Assembly (NCBI GenBank): GCA_044344255.1
Contig: JBIJDH010000025.1
Coordinates: 31,889-95,888, forward strand
Length of the DNA stretch: 64,000 nt
Direction: 5' to 3'
Source: Myxococcota bacterium
Lineage (GTDB): Bacteria > Myxococcota_A > UBA796 > UBA2385
In this document: piece by piece, positions 61,432-64,000 of the stretch
Layout of the letters: each line of letters starts with the position of its first letter
Position numbering within the stretch: position 1 is the stretch's first letter
Position numbers and translations under genes: made by a program
Notes under the pieces: generated by a model
What the model saw: the letters and a program-made list of their open reading frames with translations, nothing else
What the model was told of the DNA's origin: nothing
Databases searched by the model: none

Positions 61432-62952
61432 ATGCGAATCCAGCCCGCCATCGGCCTCGCGCTCGGGTGCGCCGGGCTCCTCGTCGCGATCCTCGTCGGC
61501 GCCGCTCCTTCGGGTGCTCCGGCTGATCCGGTGGGTCCGCCGTCGATCGTGCTCATCTCTATCGACACCCTGCGGGCCGACCGCCTCGGGGCCTTTGGGG
61601 CGGCGGGCGGCCTCAGCCCGAACCTCGACGCCTTCGCCGCGGAGGCCACCGTCTTCACGCAGACCTACAGCCAGGCCGTGCAGACGGCGCCCTCCCACAC
61701 GAGCCTGTTCACGAGCCGCTACCCGAGCGAGCAGGTGGGCTCCGATCGCCAGCCCTACGTGCCGCCGGGCATGCCGCTGCTCGCCGAGGTGCTGCAGCTC
61801 TATGGCTACCACACCGGCGCCTTCGTCGGCGGGGCCGATCTCTCGCTCTATCGAGCCCTCAACATCGGCTTCGACGCCTACGAGACCTCCATCGACTTCG
61901 GCTCGCTCTGGCACACGAGCCCGCTCGCGCTCCAGTGGCTCGACGCCCTCCCCGACGACGACGCGCCCTTCTTCTTGTTCGTCCACGGCTACGACACCCA
62001 CTCCCGCTACCTCAAGCCCACCCCCTTCGGCTACGCGCACGCCGACCGCTCCTTTGAGGGGCCCGGCCAGCGCGCCGTACGCACCACCACCGAGCGCATC
62101 ATCGACGGGGTGCTCTATCGGGACTTCGCCCCGCTGCTGTGGTCCTACGAGATGTTCTTGCGGCCGCGGCTCCCCGAGAACCGGGAGCAGACGAAGAAGA
62201 TGGCCTTGGCGATGACGGACGATCCCGATCCGCTGAGCGCCGAGGACGCCGCGGTCATCGCCGGGGTCTACGACGGGGCGGTCGGCTACGCCGACACGAT
62301 GTTCGGCCTCCTCATGGCCTCCCTGCAAGATCGCGGGGTGCTCGACGAGGCCTATGTGATCGTGCTCTCTGACCACGGCGAGCAGCTCGGAGAGCGCGGC
62401 ATCTATGGGCACTGCTGTGAGACGAATGACGAAGAGACCCATGTCCCCTTGATGATCCGCGCGCCGCGCGGGGAGGGCGCCGGGCGACGGGTGGACGGCT
62501 TCGTGGAGCTGGTGGACGTGATGCCCACCGTGCTCGAGCTCGCCCAGGCCCGAGAGCCCGCCACGATGCGCGGTCGGTCCCTCACCGCCGCCCTGCGTGG
62601 GGAGCCCTTCGTCGGGCGGCCCTACGCCTTCACCGAGGGCACCGAGACGATGCGGGTGGTGTCGATGCGGGCCCCAGAGGTCCGCCTCTCCTACGTGGGC
62701 CTGTCGGCGACCTCGGCCCTGCTCCCCGACCTCATCGCCGCGGCCCCCTTGGAGAGCCGAGGCTTCCAGCTCGACGGCGCTGGTGCGGGGGGCGTCCCGG
62801 CGGCAAGACAGGCCGAGCTGCGCGGGGCGCTGGTCGACTGGCTGCGGGGGCTCTCCCCGCCGCCCATTCAGGGCAAGGGCAAGAAGAAGGCGATGCCGAG
62901 CGAGCTCAAGCAGGCGCTCAAGGAGCATGGTTATTGGGACCTGCCCGAATGA
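61432..62952 (+). CDS. sulfatase-family lipoprotein or secreted protein, Thr-type nucleophile; paralogue of 2233..3798
   Basis: Start at ATG 61432 (MRIQPAIGLALGC) in track ORF 61396..62952. IVLISIDTLRADR, QAVQTAPSHTSLFTSRYP, FLFVHGYDTHSRYLKPTPF (compare FIHGYDAHTPYLKPGPF at 2233..3798), VIVLSDHGEQLGERG and LVDVMPTVLELA are present. It ends LKEHGYWDLPE. The stop overlaps the next ATG (62949-62952). Confidence 0.85.
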   Translation: MRIQPAIGLALGCAGLLVAILVGAAPSGAPADPVGPPSIVLISIDTLRADRLGAFGAAGGLSPNLDAFAAEATVFTQTYSQAVQTAPSHTSLFTSRYPSEQVGSDRQPYVPPGMPLLAEVLQLYGYHTGAFVGGADLSLYRALNIGFDAYETSIDFGSLWHTSPLALQWLDALPDDDAPFFLFVHGYDTHSRYLKPTPFGYAHADRSFEGPGQRAVRTTTERIIDGVLYRDFAPLLWSYEMFLRPRLPENREQTKKMALAMTDDPDPLSAEDAAVIAGVYDGAVGYADTMFGLLMASLQDRGVLDEAYVIVLSDHGEQLGERGIYGHCCETNDEETHVPLMIRAPRGEGAGRRVDGFVELVDVMPTVLELAQAREPATMRGRSLTAALRGEPFVGRPYAFTEGTETMRVVSMRAPEVRLSYVGLSATSALLPDLIAAAPLESRGFQLDGAGAGGVPAARQAELRGALVDWLRGLSPPPIQGKGKKKAMPSELKQALKEHGYWDLPE

Positions 62953-63998
62953 TCGCCGCTCGCCCCTGCGGTGCCCGCACGTGGCCCTTGCCGCTGCTCC
63001 TGCTGCTCGTCGCCTGCGGGCCCACCGGCCCCTGGACCCGCGAGCGGGCCCTCCGACCGGTCCACGACCGGCTGGACGCCGACAAGGACGGGCGGGTGAG
63101 CGCTGCGGAGTACGACGAGGTGGCCTTCTACGCCCCCTCCTTCCCCGAGGCGGACGGCGACGGTGACGGCGCGCTCTCGGTCGAGGAGATCGACGCGCTC
63201 GCCCTGTCTCAAGACCCGAGCACCTTCTTTGATCCGCGCACGATGCTCGGCCCACCGGGGCTCCCCCCGCCGCCCGGGGGACGCGAAGGGAAGGCGGGCG
63301 GCCCTGCGCGCGGTCGGGGCGGCGGTCCGGGCGGCGGTCCGGGCGGCGGTCCGGGCGGCGGGCCGGACTCGGCGCCAGGCGGCGGGCCCGTTCGGGGGCC
63401 CGGTGGACCCCAGGGTTCGAACAAGGACGACGCGGTCATCGGGATCCCCGCCGACTGGGCCCCAGCCACCGAGACCCGGCTCCCAGACGACCCGGAGCGC
63501 GCGGCGCAGGGTCCGAAGGATGAGGCCGCGGCGCAGGATCCGAAGGATGAGGCCGCGGCGCAGGATCCGAAGGATGAGGCCGCGGCGCAGGATCCGGGGC
63601 CGCGGGGCAAGGCCGGCGGGCGACGGGGCGGTGCCCGAGGTGGTGGTGGGGCCGGGGGGCCCCAGGATGGCGGCCCCAAGCACCTCGGCGGGCCCTCGAT
63701 GGGCGGTCCCTCGGACCGCTTTCGCCCGCCCCCTTCGCTCCTCGTGCTGGAGATCCTGCTCGCCGAGCTGCGGGCCAAGGACCCCTCCGTCCCGCTCCCT
63801 GACAAGGCGCGGGTGGAGCTCATCGGCCGCAGCGGGCGCCTCGACTCCATCGCCGCGCGCGAGCTGCTGGCCGAGCTCCAGGTGTCCTACACGAAGGTCG
63901 GGCTCGAATTCCCTGCGGGGCTCCAGAGCCCCCCCGACGGCGCCACCCCCACCGCGCCGCTCGGCGGATCGACGGCCCCCGTGAACAGCGCCCCGTGA
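62949..63998 (+). CDS. lipoprotein with two EF-hand loops, Gly/Pro-rich region and AAQDPKDEA tandem repeats; analogue of 3795..4238
   Basis: Start at ATG 62949 (MIAARPCGARTWPLPLLLLLVACG) in track ORF 62934..63998. EF loops are DADKDGRVSAAE and DGDGDGALSVEE. (GGGP)n is present. A 27-bp x3.5 repeat is present. The C-terminal ~90 aa is ordered-looking. Confidence 0.7.
   Translation: MIAARPCGARTWPLPLLLLLVACGPTGPWTRERALRPVHDRLDADKDGRVSAAEYDEVAFYAPSFPEADGDGDGALSVEEIDALALSQDPSTFFDPRTMLGPPGLPPPPGGREGKAGGPARGRGGGPGGGPGGGPGGGPDSAPGGGPVRGPGGPQGSNKDDAVIGIPADWAPATETRLPDDPERAAQGPKDEAAAQDPKDEAAAQDPKDEAAAQDPGPRGKAGGRRGGARGGGGAGGPQDGGPKHLGGPSMGGPSDRFRPPPSLLVLEILLAELRAKDPSVPLPDKARVELIGRSGRLDSIAARELLAELQVSYTKVGLEFPAGLQSPPDGATPTAPLGGSTAPVNSAP
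63501..63596. repeat. 27-bp tandem repeat x ~3.5 (gcggcgcaggRtccgaaggatgaggcc)
   Basis: Copies at 63501-63527, 63528-63554 and 63555-63581, with a partial copy at 63582-63596. Encodes AAQ[GD]PKDEA units. Confidence 0.9.
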
Positions 63999-64000
63999 CG

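Overview
Very GC-rich bacterial chromosomal segment (by eye about 70% GC, with strong third-position GC bias). The GC bias produces many long spurious antisense ORFs in the supplied track. I support 45 protein-coding genes, one frameshifted small gene and one gene relic. I saw no rRNA, tRNA, CRISPR array, integrase, transposase or prophage signal.

Gene content points to a large-genome Myxococcota-like organism; this is an inference from content, not a database hit. The evidence is the abundance of lipoproteins, FG-GAP/VCBS/ASPIC and BNR propellers, a Cys/Asp-rich MopE-like repeat protein, CotH, and a Pfa3/PfaC-type PUFA-synthase subunit. Housekeeping and metabolic genes include the PFOR 5' end, valS, a Mop-type aldehyde oxidoreductase, a CNNM/CorC transporter, an ALO-family FAD oxidase, DJ-1/PfpI, and a CrtI-family oxidoreductase.

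Most noteworthy observations:
1. An orphan KS-CLF-AT-DH-DH PfaC/Pfa3-like megasynthase with its AGPAT as a separate downstream gene, and no ACP/KR/ER partner anywhere in the window.
2. Six alkaline-phosphatase/sulfatase-superfamily ORFs. All catalytic-looking ones have Thr at the nucleophile position and two are degenerate. They are arranged partly as duplicated 'sulfatase-like + EF-hand lipoprotein' modules at both ends of the window.
3. A translationally coupled trio: a sigma-70-like protein, an unknown protein, and an ATPase-less Lon(S16)-like Ser-Lys protease fused to helical repeats.
4. A bacterial PHM/DBH-like copper monooxygenase lipoprotein with all six Cu ligands at PHM-like spacing.
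5. A five-gene translationally coupled envelope operon ending in a PI-PLC-like lipoprotein.
6. Several small nucleotide-level oddities: a triplicated stop/start junction, a 13-bp x4 array in a divergent promoter, a ~47-bp dispersed repeat at two small-gene 5' ends, a 16-bp tandem duplication that frameshifts a small gene, and a (GGGGCC)4 tract.

All family assignments come from my reading of motifs in the translations. No searches were run.
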